Shown here in pieces: positions 31,412 through 41,583 of a stretch of DNA of 61,961 nucleotides (positions are counted from its first letter, which is position 1; every line of letters starts with the position of its first letter). Under the pieces are notes generated by a model, which was given only the letters and a program-made list of their open reading frames with translations, did not search any database and was not told where the DNA came from. Made by a program: the position numbers and the translations under genes. The stretch comes from Clostridiales bacterium (GTDB lineage Bacteria; Bacillota; Clostridia; Christensenellales; UBA1242), in contig SVIA01000006.1 of the NCBI GenBank assembly GCA_015055535.1, positions 1 to 61,961 on the forward strand, given 5' to 3'.

Positions 31412-32008
31412 TTAGTCCACTTTGTATTCTAAAAGTTCTGGAGCATTTTTTTCGATACCATTTTTTATAGATAGTAATTCAAAAATGCAGTCTAATGAAT
31501 ATAGTTGTAAAAAGTTCATATCACAAGCAATATTTATACCAAACGGTTTAAACAATCCACCAAGTTTATGAATATGCCCAAACAAATTAATATAATTATC
31601 TTTATGGTTTTGGGGTTCATGCGTTAAATAAAATTTTTTATCATTAAATTCTAAAAATTCATCTTTTTTTACATCTTTAAAACCCAAATTTAAACAATAC
31701 TTTTTAAAATTTTCAAAACAGTTATCAAACTCTGCCTTAATTAATCTTTCTTCATTATTACCAAGTAGCAATACAACATTTGCTTTAATTTTTTTTATAT
31801 TTAAAATTCCTTTTTTATATAAATCTCTATGGCGACTTCCATAAGATATAAAATCGCCTATCACGTAAATTGTATCTCCCTTTTTTGCTTGTTTATTCCA
31901 AGTTTTTAATATGTATTTATCACATTCTTTTGTCGTTTTAAAAGGTCTAAATTCTCTTTTAATTACTTCATAATCATTAAAATGACAATCACTTGTAAAA
32001 AATATCAT
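31412..32008 (-). CDS. Calcineurin-like metallophosphoesterase
   Basis: SDCHF, IGDF, LGNNE, THEP, FGHIH. Confidence 0.88.
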   Translation of the reverse strand: MIFFTSDCHFNDYEVIKREFRPFKTTKECDKYILKTWNKQAKKGDTIYVIGDFISYGSRHRDLYKKGILNIKKIKANVVLLLGNNEERLIKAEFDNCFENFKKYCLNLGFKDVKKDEFLEFNDKKFYLTHEPQNHKDNYINLFGHIHKLGGLFKPFGINIACDMNFLQLYSLDCIFELLSIKNGIEKNAPELLEYKVD

Positions 32009-32017
32009 ACAATCTCC

Positions 32018-32473
32018 TTATTTATCCATAATGTAAACTGGCACTTTAAATTTGTTTAATAGTATATTAATGATATCATTTATAACACTAATAAACGTAA
32101 AAACAAACCCAAAAGCCACAAAAAACTCAATATATTCTAACACACCACCACGAATGTTTAATATATGCAAAGTAGCAAAAGTAAACATGAAAACAGTAAA
32201 CACCAAATTAATTAAACCTCTTAACATTTTACCAATATAAAAGTAATGAGCTCCAAATGCCCCAAACAAAATGCTAAATAATAATAATTTTTTCTTGCTA
32301 ACATCTTCAGGCAAAATATGTGTTTCTATACACAAATCACCATCGCCCTGTCTTTTCATTTCTATAGCTTTTTTATTAGAAGCCTTTTTTTTGAGTTTGT
32401 TAACATCAAACCCACACTTTACACATTTATTAAATGTTTTATCAATTTTTCCATAACATTTAGGACATCTCAT
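32018..32473 (-). CDS. Zinc-ribbon plus TM2 domain membrane protein
   Basis: CPKC...CVKCG; LFGAFGAHYFYIGK. Confidence 0.8.
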   Translation of the reverse strand: MRCPKCYGKIDKTFNKCVKCGFDVNKLKKKASNKKAIEMKRQGDGDLCIETHILPEDVSKKKLLLFSILFGAFGAHYFYIGKMLRGLINLVFTVFMFTFATLHILNIRGGVLEYIEFFVAFGFVFTFISVINDIINILLNKFKVPVYIMDK

Positions 32474-32475
32474 AA

Positions 32476-33051
32476 CTACTTTACTCTCTCTATAATTAAA
32501 TTTTTTAATTTATCTATATTTTCTTTTGTATCACTAGAAATATATAAAATATCATCTAATCCAACATTCATTTCGCTTGCCAGCATAAGTTTTTGATTGT
32601 TTCGTTTGCTTTTTGCAATCTTATCACTTTTAGTAGCAATAATTTTAAATGGAAGCGAATAAAAATTTAGAAATTTTAACATTTGTTTATCTTGTTCGCT
32701 TGGTTTTATTCTAATATCAAGTAAAAGCAAAATTAGTTTATTATCTTCTTTTTCTTTAAAGTAATCTTCTATTAAATTTGACCAATTTTCTTCATTTCCT
32801 TTGCCAGCTTTATGAAAACCATATCCGGGCAAGTCTACTAAATAAAAATTATTATCCACTAAAAAATAATTAATAAGTTTAGTGTGCCCTTGCGTTGAAC
32901 TAGTTTTTGCTAGTGTTCTATTGTTAAAAATAGCATTAATTAAACTGCTTTTGCCAACATTACTTCTCCCAACAAAAGCTACCTCAAAAAACTTGTCTTT
33001 TAAAATATCTTCGCTTTTAGCCACACTTTTAACAAATTTACAATTCTTCAT
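32476..33051 (-). CDS. engB: Ribosome biogenesis GTPase YsxC/EngB
   Basis: GRSNVGKSS, DLPGYG, TKSDK. Confidence 0.95.
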   Translation of the reverse strand: MKNCKFVKSVAKSEDILKDKFFEVAFVGRSNVGKSSLINAIFNNRTLAKTSSTQGHTKLINYFLVDNNFYLVDLPGYGFHKAGKGNEENWSNLIEDYFKEKEDNKLILLLLDIRIKPSEQDKQMLKFLNFYSLPFKIIATKSDKIAKSKRNNQKLMLASEMNVGLDDILYISSDTKENIDKLKNLIIERVK

Positions 33052-33160
33052 ATGTTTATTTTAACAAAAAAAATTAAATAAGTAAAGTAACGTAAATTAA
33101 ATATTTAAAATATAATGAAATATATCTTAACAAAAAATTAAGATATAAAAAGGAAAACAT

Positions 33161-33967
33161 ATGAATACACCACTTTTAAAAATTGAAAATCTGAGTTTAA
33201 CTTATCATTCATCACGAGGCGAAACAGAAGCCTTAAAAAATGTTAATTTTGATGTTAATGTTGGTGAATTTATTGCTATTGTTGGTCCTAGTGGTTGTGG
33301 TAAAACAACACTTTTAAATATAATTGGTGGGTTACTACAAAAATCTCGCGGCAATATTTATTTAGATGGTAAAAAAATTTACGAGGAAAATTCTAAAAAA
33401 CATCAATTTAATAATAATATTGGTTATATGTTTCAAAGAGACCATCTTTTTGAATGGAGAACAATACTTGATAACGTAAAACTAGGGCTAGAATTTGATA
33501 AAAAACTAACCAAAAGCGAAAAAATAAAAAAAGAAGAATATATTTTGTTTCTATTAGAAAAATATGGATTAATTGACTTTAAAAACAAATACCCTAGAGA
33601 ACTTTCAGGCGGAATGAGACAAAGAGTTGCTTTAATTAGAACACTAGCATTAAACCCTAAAATATTGCTTTTAGATGAACCATTTTCTGCACTCGATTTT
33701 CAAACTCGTTTAAAGGTTTGTGATGATGTTAGTAACATTATAACTAAAGAAAATAAAACAGCGCTTTTAGTTACTCATGATATAAGCGAAGCAATAAGTT
33801 TATCAGATAAAATTTTAGTACTTTCTAAAAGACCAGCTACTGTTAAAAAAATAGTAGATATTGATTTGAAATCAAGTGGTTTACCATTAAAAAGACGAGA
33901 GAATAAAAATTTTTCAAAATACTTTGAAGAAATTTGGAGAAACATTAAAGATGAGGAAAAAGAATAA
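33161..33967 (+). CDS. ABC transporter ATP-binding protein, NitT/TauT
   Basis: GPSGCGKT, LSGGMRQR, LLDEPFSALD. Confidence 0.93.
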   Translation: MNTPLLKIENLSLTYHSSRGETEALKNVNFDVNVGEFIAIVGPSGCGKTTLLNIIGGLLQKSRGNIYLDGKKIYEENSKKHQFNNNIGYMFQRDHLFEWRTILDNVKLGLEFDKKLTKSEKIKKEEYILFLLEKYGLIDFKNKYPRELSGGMRQRVALIRTLALNPKILLLDEPFSALDFQTRLKVCDDVSNIITKENKTALLVTHDISEAISLSDKILVLSKRPATVKKIVDIDLKSSGLPLKRRENKNFSKYFEEIWRNIKDEEKE

Positions 33968-34766
33968 GGATTTAATAAAATATTCAAATGAACACAAATT
34001 ATATTTAAAAAAACAAAAAACAAAAAAAATAGTTATATTAACTAGTCAAATTTTGCTTTTATTATTTTTTATTAGCCTTTGGGAACTATTAACTCATTTA
34101 AAAATTTTAGATAGTTTTATAATGAGCAGTCCTTCACGCATTTATTTTAAAACTGTTGATTTATTTACAAGAGGAAATTTAATGTATCATATTTGGATTA
34201 CACTTAAAGAAGCCATCTTGGGATTTATTATAGCAACAGGACTTGGAACTTTAATTGCAATAATTTTATGGTGGAGCGAATATACTAGAAAAATTTTAGA
34301 ACCATATATTGTAATATTGAATAGTTTACCCAAAATCGCTCTTGGCCCAATAATTATTATCTGGTTTGGAGCTGGTACTCAAAGTATAGTTGTTATGGCG
34401 GTTTTAATTACAATAATTATCACAATATTAACAATGCTAAATGCTTTCCTTGCTTGCGACAAAGATAAAATTATGTTACTAAAAAGTATGGGCGCTAATA
34501 AGTTTAAAATTTTAACAAAACTTATAATTCCTTCTGCCCTTCCAGAATTTATAAGCATGCTTAAAATTAATGTTGGCATGACTTGGGTTGGAACTATAAT
34601 GGGAGAATATTTAGTAAGTAAAGCAGGACTTGGATATTTAATTGTTTACGGTGGTCAAGTTTTCCAATTAGACTTAGTTATGACATCTACTGTAATACTT
34701 TGTATATTAGCAGGACTTATGTATTTCTTGGTCGCACAATTTGAAAAACATTTCAAAAAATATTAG
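33951..34766 (+). CDS. ABC transporter permease, NitT/TauT
   Basis: SSPS, LNSLPKIALGP, SMGA loop, GLGYLI; GGAGA RBS before ATG 33951. Confidence 0.9.
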   Translation: MRKKNKDLIKYSNEHKLYLKKQKTKKIVILTSQILLLLFFISLWELLTHLKILDSFIMSSPSRIYFKTVDLFTRGNLMYHIWITLKEAILGFIIATGLGTLIAIILWWSEYTRKILEPYIVILNSLPKIALGPIIIIWFGAGTQSIVVMAVLITIIITILTMLNAFLACDKDKIMLLKSMGANKFKILTKLIIPSALPEFISMLKINVGMTWVGTIMGEYLVSKAGLGYLIVYGGQVFQLDLVMTSTVILCILAGLMYFLVAQFEKHFKKY

Positions 34767-34847
34767 TGCTTAAATAGCACTTTTATTTTTTTAATTATTA
34801 ATTTTTTTATAAAATTATTATTATAAATTAAATTAATTTAGTAAAAT

Positions 34848-34876
34848 AAAAAAATGTGCAAGTATGCACATTTTTT
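34848..34876 (-). terminator. Terminator after the DAC/RHH pair
   Basis: AAAAAATGTGCA-AGTA-TGCACATTTTTT. Confidence 0.8.
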
Positions 34877-35186
34877 AAAGTAGAAATTCTTTTTCATATA
34901 AAGCATTTATAGAGTATCTAATTAAAGAAACAAGTGTTCTACATCTAAAATCAGCCTCTAACATAAAGTTTTCATATGTTTTTTGTTCTATATTTATAAT
35001 TTTTTTTGTAAAACCAGTATTTTCTGTTATTTCATAAAGTTTTTCTTCAAGCTCTCCGTTAATATAACTATTAACAGCAAAAACAATAGCTTCTGCTTGT
35101 CTGTAATTGTATTTATCACAAATTTCATTAAGCCTAGCCAATTCTTCGTTTGTTATATTAAACTGACATTGTTTATATTTTATCAT
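34875..35186 (-). CDS. Putative tandem ribbon-helix-helix protein
   Basis: Two strand-helix-helix patterns: QFNITNEELARLNEIC...AEAIVFAVNSY and IINIEQKTYENF...LVSLIRYSINAL. Confidence 0.55.
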   Translation of the reverse strand: MIKYKQCQFNITNEELARLNEICDKYNYRQAEAIVFAVNSYINGELEEKLYEITENTGFTKKIINIEQKTYENFMLEADFRCRTLVSLIRYSINALYEKEFLL

Positions 35187-35188
35187 TT

Positions 35189-36241
35189 TTACTTCCTTTT
35201 GTTTTTTCTAACTGGTATATAGAACATTTCGCCTTCATGCGATTGGAAATATACTCCTATTACTTTTTTAACTCTTGTATTAATTAAGGTGTAAGCAGCC
35301 CTTTTTCTTGCTCCACCAATAATATTTTTTTCATTATTCATGCTTGTTTCAACAAAACAATTATATGCTCTAATTCTACCAGCATTATCAATTACAGTAA
35401 TACCATCATAATTAAGCATATCTATAAACAGTTGACTTACAGACAATAATCTTTGTTCACTATAACTTTTTGTTTGCAAAAACAATTTACTAAACTCAAT
35501 TGGTTCAGCAAGCCAAATTCCATCACCAAGTAAGCCTTTATCTACATAATCTCTATCTACAACAACACAAATTGTACCATTAATATTTTTAAGTGCTTTA
35601 TCAAAAATATTAATAAACATAGTTTTTATTTCTTGCATTTTCTTTTTTGTTGTTCTTAACTTTGAAAAACTAGCGTCAATAAATTCACCAATTTCATCTT
35701 TCCAAGATTTTATTTTTCTTGTTTCTAGTGAAAAATTAATATTCAACACTCCATTTCTAATACTTTTTAATGTAATAGTATGGCTACTTAAAGGATAAAC
35801 CATAAAACCAAAAAACTTATTTTTTTCTTTTAAACTAACACTTTCCTTTAATAAAGTTTCAAAATCTTTATCCTTAATACTGTTAGTAGGTTTACAAATT
35901 CCATATTGAATACCATTTTCTTTAATATTTACAAAAATATACCATTCGTCTTTACAAAAAATACAAAGACTTTTCATTCTAGAATTAAACATTGCTTCAT
36001 TTTCGTCTTCAAACATAAAAACTCTAAAGCAATCTGGTACAGCTTTTACAATTAAATTAATATCGTTTGTAAATAAAATTCTTGGACGATATTTTACTCC
36101 TTCTTCTTCATAGTTACCCATGTTTGGAATAAAGTTAACTAGTTGATTTTGTAATTTTTTGGGAAACTCATTCGTTTCGTTTAAAATAAAATTATCTAAA
36201 CTATCTTTTGCTGATAAATAAAAAATGTTTTCTTCTTCCAT
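35189..36241 (-). CDS. Divergent DAC/DisA_N-fold protein with N-terminal accessory domain
   Basis: GTICVVV, YDGITVID, GGARKRAA and QSHEG correspond to the DAC motifs DGA, RHR and SxDG. Confidence 0.75.
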   Translation of the reverse strand: MEEENIFYLSAKDSLDNFILNETNEFPKKLQNQLVNFIPNMGNYEEEGVKYRPRILFTNDINLIVKAVPDCFRVFMFEDENEAMFNSRMKSLCIFCKDEWYIFVNIKENGIQYGICKPTNSIKDKDFETLLKESVSLKEKNKFFGFMVYPLSSHTITLKSIRNGVLNINFSLETRKIKSWKDEIGEFIDASFSKLRTTKKKMQEIKTMFINIFDKALKNINGTICVVVDRDYVDKGLLGDGIWLAEPIEFSKLFLQTKSYSEQRLLSVSQLFIDMLNYDGITVIDNAGRIRAYNCFVETSMNNEKNIIGGARKRAAYTLINTRVKKVIGVYFQSHEGEMFYIPVRKNKRK

Positions 36242-36346
36242 ACTCGTTCCCCCAAAATTAATATATTAAAGTATACCACACTATTTTTATTTTTTCAATA
36301 CTTTTTTACCATAAATAATAATATTTTAAAAAAAAAGCTTTAAAAT

Positions 36347-37294
36347 TTAAAGCTTTAAAAACAAATATAAAACAAAACCAACAATAACACCGATAACATA
36401 TAAAGAAGTTAAAATAAATAGATTTTGTTTATAATTTTTTCGATTTTTAAATAGTATAATAAGTCCTACTCCACTTCCAGCTGAAAGTCCACCAATAAGT
36501 GCTGGAAAAATTAAAGCATTATTTAAATATAATTCTATTAGAACAACACTTGAAACACAGTTTGGTATAAGTCCAATTAATGGTGCTAAAACTATTTGCA
36601 AGTATGGAGAAACTGATAAAGCTTTTATTAACACCTCTTCTCCAACAAAAACAAAAATTAAATTTATAATTAAATTTGCTACTAATATATACAAAAATAT
36701 TATTAAACTATGTTTTAAAGCAGATAAAAATATGTTATCAGTACAACATTTACATGGTACATCATGGTTTTCATGTTCATGATGATGTAAGTGTGTTTTG
36801 TCTATTTTACAATCATGATTATGTAAATATTCTTCACTATTTTTTTTAGCACCTTCTTTTTGTAAGTAATTTTTATTCTTTATTTTGCCAAAAATATAAA
36901 ACAAAAAATAAAATAAATATCCAAATATTAAAGCCACTAAAAATTTAATTAAAAGTATTAGCAAAATTTGTACTATTTTGTTTGGATAACTAAGCATAAT
37001 GGGAATTGCTTCATCACTAGTTGCCACAAACACAGCAATTAGAGTACCTATACCTACTAATTTATGATTAAACATATCTGCCATTACAGCAGAAAAACCA
37101 CATTGTGGAATACAGCCAAGTGCTGCACCCATTAATGGTCCCACTTTACTATTTCTTTTTAATAAATTGACAAACTTTTCTTCTTTTTTATGTGTTAAAT
37201 ACTCTATTAAAATATATACCAAAAACAATATTGGAAATATTTTTAAAGCATCTATTCCTGCTTCTATAATTGCATTTAAAATTTTATTAAACAT
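36347..37294 (-). CDS. Putative metal permease (putative manganese transporter / ArsP-like)
   Basis: IPQCGFS, ATSDEA, IPNC, His/Cys-rich loop. Confidence 0.8.
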   Translation of the reverse strand: MFNKILNAIIEAGIDALKIFPILFLVYILIEYLTHKKEEKFVNLLKRNSKVGPLMGAALGCIPQCGFSAVMADMFNHKLVGIGTLIAVFVATSDEAIPIMLSYPNKIVQILLILLIKFLVALIFGYLFYFLFYIFGKIKNKNYLQKEGAKKNSEEYLHNHDCKIDKTHLHHHEHENHDVPCKCCTDNIFLSALKHSLIIFLYILVANLIINLIFVFVGEEVLIKALSVSPYLQIVLAPLIGLIPNCVSSVVLIELYLNNALIFPALIGGLSAGSGVGLIILFKNRKNYKQNLFILTSLYVIGVIVGFVLYLFLKL

Positions 37295-37338
37295 ACGTGT
37301 TTAGTTATAATTATATTTTATTTATTTGTCAACTAGTT

Positions 37339-38358
37339 TTACAAATTATTACAATTTTCATTCAATTTTATTTTTGCTATGTTTTCAAAATTGTCTTTTA
37401 AATATCTTATTGTTATTTCTTCACCCACATTTACAGAATAAAGTTCTTTTCTTAAATCTAACATGTTATTAATTTCTTTATTATTAAAATGAGTTAAAAT
37501 ATTTCCTTTTTCAATGCCCACATTATAAAATGAACTTCCCTTTTGAACATCGTAAATATAAACACCTTTAACAGTATTATTATTTGTAAAAACACTAGCA
37601 TCATAGCCCATTAAACCTAAATATGCTGGCTTATATTCTCCATTGGCTGATATTTTAGCAAAAATAGGCGTTATGGTTTCTGTTGGAATTGCAAAACCTA
37701 GTCCTTCTGCATCTTCAACTTTTACAGTATTAATACCAAGAACTTGTCCTCTTAAATTAATAAGTGGTCCACCAGAATTTCCCGGATTTATACTGGCATC
37801 ATGTTGAATTAAGTTTTGTAAAGTTATTCCATTACTACCTTCTACTTTTATAGTTCGATTTTTTGCGCTAATAATACCTTTAGTTACCGTATGTTTAAAT
37901 TGAAGAGCTAAAGGTGTTCCAATAGCAAGCACATCTTCACCAACAAAATAATCTCCACTAGAAGCAACGCTTAAATAAGGTAAATCTACTTTACTTTTAA
38001 CAATTGCTAAATCTAAACTACTATCTCTATAAACTAAACTTGCTGTAGTTGTTTCTCCACTTGCTAAATATAAAATTACATTATTACTTGTTACAACATG
38101 AGAATTAGTTAAAACATAACCACCCTTTTCAATGGCAACGCCCGTTCCTATAGATGCCCCATAACCATCTTCGCTATAAATTCCAACTACTGCTGGACTA
38201 ACACTTTTAACTACATCAATATTGTTGGAATAATTTATACTTTCTATTAATCTTGGTTTCATATCGTCTTTTGTCACTATTGCATCGTTATAAGGATTAA
38301 AATTACAACCACAAAATAAAATGGTTATTAATAATATTACAATTGTTAATTTTTTCAT
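37339..38358 (-). CDS. HtrA-family serine protease with PDZ domain
   Basis: TNSHVV, DLA, INPGNSGGPL; possible lipobox. Confidence 0.92.
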   Translation of the reverse strand: MKKLTIVILLITILFCGCNFNPYNDAIVTKDDMKPRLIESINYSNNIDVVKSVSPAVVGIYSEDGYGASIGTGVAIEKGGYVLTNSHVVTSNNVILYLASGETTTASLVYRDSSLDLAIVKSKVDLPYLSVASSGDYFVGEDVLAIGTPLALQFKHTVTKGIISAKNRTIKVEGSNGITLQNLIQHDASINPGNSGGPLINLRGQVLGINTVKVEDAEGLGFAIPTETITPIFAKISANGEYKPAYLGLMGYDASVFTNNNTVKGVYIYDVQKGSSFYNVGIEKGNILTHFNNKEINNMLDLRKELYSVNVGEEITIRYLKDNFENIAKIKLNENCNNL

Positions 38359-38470
38359 ATTTATAGTTTTTGTCCTTTTTTTTATAAATATTCTTAATTT
38401 TTAACTAAAAAAATTGGTAAATTATATTAAAATGTTATAAAAAATATTATTTTTGTGATAAAATATATTT

Positions 38471-39379
38471 ATGCGTGAAGAAGAAAAATATATAAAAAGT
38501 TACGATGGTGAACTAATTTACGCCAAAGAATATACTGTTGAAAATCCTAAAGGCACTATTGTTTTAACCACAGATATTAAAGAACATTCTATGCTTTATA
38601 CTAACTTTGCTTTAAAACTACAGGAAGCTAATTATAATGTGTTCACCTACGATTTAAGAGCACATAAAAATTCAGCAAAAGAGCCTTTTGGCACTTATTC
38701 AAACAATTTTTTTAATGATTGCGTAAGAGACCTACTTTATTTAAACAAATATTTATCTAAAAAATATGAAACTAAAATTATAAATATCGGTCTTGGTTTA
38801 GGTGGTATTGTAATATTAAGAATGTTACAATTTAATAACGAAGATTGTATTAATATTTTAGTCGGAACGCCATTTTCACAATTAAATATTTCTAATTATT
38901 TTTATCGATGTGTTACAAGACTTGCACTAGTTTTTGTAAATAAACATAGTGAAGTTAAAGGATTAAACAAAATTATAGATTACTTTAAAAAACACAAATT
39001 TGAAGATGGTGCATTTGAAAGTACAAATAAAGAATATATTGAAAAAATTAGAAACGATAAATTTTGTAACTTCAATATTTCTGCAAATATGTTAAATAGC
39101 ATTTATAAAGGACAAATAGAAACTTTTAGTAGTAAAAATTTAAACAAAATTAATAACACTCAAAAGTTTTTACTTTGCTGTGGTGAATATGATGTTATTA
39201 CAAAATTCGGAAAGTCTACCGAAAAACTTGCAATTAAACTAGCTAAATGTGGTAAAAATTGCAACAAAATAATCTTTAAAGATTTAAGACACAACTTAAT
39301 TAATGAAAGTAATAATACTTTTATTGAATATTTAAAAAATTATTTAGGAGAAAATGAAAATGATAGTAGAAGAAATTAA
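38471..39379 (+). CDS. Alpha/beta hydrolase fold (lysophospholipase-like), probably catalytically inactive
   Basis: YDLRAH, RHNLINE; nucleophile elbow reads GLGLGG with no Ser. Confidence 0.75.
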   Translation: MREEEKYIKSYDGELIYAKEYTVENPKGTIVLTTDIKEHSMLYTNFALKLQEANYNVFTYDLRAHKNSAKEPFGTYSNNFFNDCVRDLLYLNKYLSKKYETKIINIGLGLGGIVILRMLQFNNEDCINILVGTPFSQLNISNYFYRCVTRLALVFVNKHSEVKGLNKIIDYFKKHKFEDGAFESTNKEYIEKIRNDKFCNFNISANMLNSIYKGQIETFSSKNLNKINNTQKFLLCCGEYDVITKFGKSTEKLAIKLAKCGKNCNKIIFKDLRHNLINESNNTFIEYLKNYLGENENDSRRN

Positions 39380-39782
39380 TAAAGCTAATATAGAAGCTTT
39401 AAAAAACAAAGATAGTATTGCTAAAACTATACTTAGTATTGTAAAAAACAAAATTAAACTAGCAGAAATTGATAAAAGAAGTAAAAACGAAGAACTTCAA
39501 GACGCTGACTGCGTACAAATTTTACAAAAAACAATTAAAGAACTTACTGAAGAAAAAGAAAATTATGTAAAAGTAAATAATACTATAGAAGCTGAAAACA
39601 TTGAAAAACAAAAACATGTTTTAGAAAAATTTTTACCTAAAATGATGAGCAGTGATGAAATTTTAGCCGAAATTAAAAAACTACCAGACACAACAGTTCC
39701 AACAGTTATGCGTCATTTTAAAGCTAACTTTGCTGGAAAAGTAAATATGCAAGACGTAAACATGGTATTAAAAAGCTTATAA
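39354..39782 (+). CDS. GatB/YqeY domain protein
   Basis: EALKNKD, LEKFLPKMMS pattern. Confidence 0.85.
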   Translation: MKMIVEEINKANIEALKNKDSIAKTILSIVKNKIKLAEIDKRSKNEELQDADCVQILQKTIKELTEEKENYVKVNNTIEAENIEKQKHVLEKFLPKMMSSDEILAEIKKLPDTTVPTVMRHFKANFAGKVNMQDVNMVLKSL

Positions 39783-39792
39783 TTATAAACAT

Positions 39793-39819
39793 AAACAAGG
39801 GCTCTACCCTTGTTTTTTT
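39793..39819. terminator. Bidirectional terminator
   Basis: AAACAAGGG-CTCTA-CCCTTGTTT. Confidence 0.75.
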
Positions 39820-39827
39820 ATTTTATA

Positions 39828-40853
39828 TTAACAAAAAACATTTTGCTTAAAATTAAATTGAAACACTTTAAATATGTAAATTAAACCTATTAATCCTTGA
39901 AGAGGATAAAAAATATTAACAATATAGTTAAACCCAAAAAAACTAAAAATAAAGGCGAAACTTAAAAAAAGACAACTAGAGAAAAATTTATTTATTTTAA
40001 ACGCATTAATTAGCATATATAAACTAGATATTAAACTTGTTAAAACAGAAAACCATAAAACAAATCCAAACAAATAACCAATTAAATTATTTATATTAAA
40101 TGCCATTATTAGCATTGGCATATCACTATTGAATTCCGTGCTTTTTAAATGCAATAAAGCCAAATTAATTAATAAAATTAAAAAACCTATAATAATAGTT
40201 ATTAATAAACTATTAACTTTAGTTTGTTTTTTTGAAAAAGTTTTACTATTTTCTACAATTAAACTGCTAGAAAAAACAATGTTATAGGAAATATAACAAA
40301 CACCTAAGCACAAATATTTAAATATGTCTATATTACTAACAAAAATATCAATATTAAAATTAACATTTATAATAAAATTATATACCGATAAAAATATTAA
40401 AAATATCAATACTATTGGCATTAAAATGTAATTAACTTTTTTTATGGCATCATATCCAATATTTACAATAAATAAAGTAAACAATATGCTTATAATTGTT
40501 AAAACTGGAAAATTTATATTTTGAAATATTAAATTACCAATACTATTTAGCCCAGCCACCATAGCTGTTACAAAAACAAATAGTCCAAACAAAATAAAAG
40601 TATTAAAAAATTTAGATGTTTTTTTAAATAAAATTTTATTTAGTTGTTTAATGTTATTAGATTTTATTTTTTGACCTAACATTATTAAATTTTTAATTAC
40701 TAAATACAAAAATATTATAACCAAAAATATTATAAAATAACTAAATTTACCTGCTCCTGAAAAAAACACGGATATTTCTTTCCCGCTAGAAAACCCCGCA
40801 CCAATAATTGAACCTATAATTAAAAAAATAAAACTTAGGTCTATATTCTTCAC
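39828..40853 (-). CDS. YkvI-like membrane protein
   Basis: IGSIIGAGFSSGKEI..FF; polytopic. Confidence 0.8.
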   Translation of the reverse strand: MKNIDLSFIFLIIGSIIGAGFSSGKEISVFFSGAGKFSYFIIFLVIIFLYLVIKNLIMLGQKIKSNNIKQLNKILFKKTSKFFNTFILFGLFVFVTAMVAGLNSIGNLIFQNINFPVLTIISILFTLFIVNIGYDAIKKVNYILMPIVLIFLIFLSVYNFIINVNFNIDIFVSNIDIFKYLCLGVCYISYNIVFSSSLIVENSKTFSKKQTKVNSLLITIIIGFLILLINLALLHLKSTEFNSDMPMLIMAFNINNLIGYLFGFVLWFSVLTSLISSLYMLINAFKINKFFSSCLFLSFAFIFSFFGFNYIVNIFYPLQGLIGLIYIFKVFQFNFKQNVFC

Positions 40854-40887
40854 AATTTAATATATGTACCTAAGTTTTATTTAATGT

Positions 40888-41583
40888 TTAATCACTTATT
40901 ATAATTCTATGACATTGTTCACATTCAGTAAACCCTGTTAATTTTAATTTTTCAAGTTTATGCATAGATTGTTCTACTCTACAATACCCACAACTTTTAC
41001 CTTCATTTAAAGAAACTAAAACAGGAAAAACACCTTCTCTTTTTAAATTTCTATATTTTAAAATTAAATCTGGATTTACATTTTTTTCTTGATTTTGTAG
41101 TTTTTGTTTAGCTTTTTCTATTTCTGGTTCAACTTCTTCTTTTAAACTATCTAATTTTCCTTTATTTTCGTCATAAACTTTTTTACTGTTTATAATTTGT
41201 TTTTTCATATTATCAAATTCTTCTAAAAGTCTTGCCATTTTATTTTCCAAAATATTTAATCTAGAAATTAATTCTTCTAAATTTTTTCTAATTGGTTTAA
41301 TTTTATTTGCAATTTCTAAAACATCTTTTTCTTGCATGTTATCTACATTCGTATTAACATATTTTTGAACTAAATCTAAACCTTTATTTTTAACTCCAGC
41401 AATTTTATTTATATCTTCTATAATTTTTTTTGCTTCTTCGTTAATTTCAATCATTCTTATCTGAGATTTTTTAGCAATCTCTTTACTTTTATTAACATTT
41501 TTAAAGAATTCACTTCCATTAACTTTTTTTTCAATTTTTTTAAGTTCAATATCTAATTCTTGATATTTTAATAATTCTTTCAT
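40888..41583 (-). CDS. Coiled-coil protein with C-terminal C4 zinc ribbon (DUF164-like)
   Basis: LLKYQELD, CGYC...CEQCHRI. Confidence 0.8.
   Translation of the reverse strand: MKELLKYQELDIELKKIEKKVNGSEFFKNVNKSKEIAKKSQIRMIEINEEAKKIIEDINKIAGVKNKGLDLVQKYVNTNVDNMQEKDVLEIANKIKPIRKNLEELISRLNILENKMARLLEEFDNMKKQIINSKKVYDENKGKLDSLKEEVEPEIEKAKQKLQNQEKNVNPDLILKYRNLKREGVFPVLVSLNEGKSCGYCRVEQSMHKLEKLKLTGFTECEQCHRIIISD

Noticed and set aside
26143-32008. Prophage or integrative element carrying the AAA/vWA operon
   Set aside because: No integrase, transposase, structural genes or flanking direct repeats were seen
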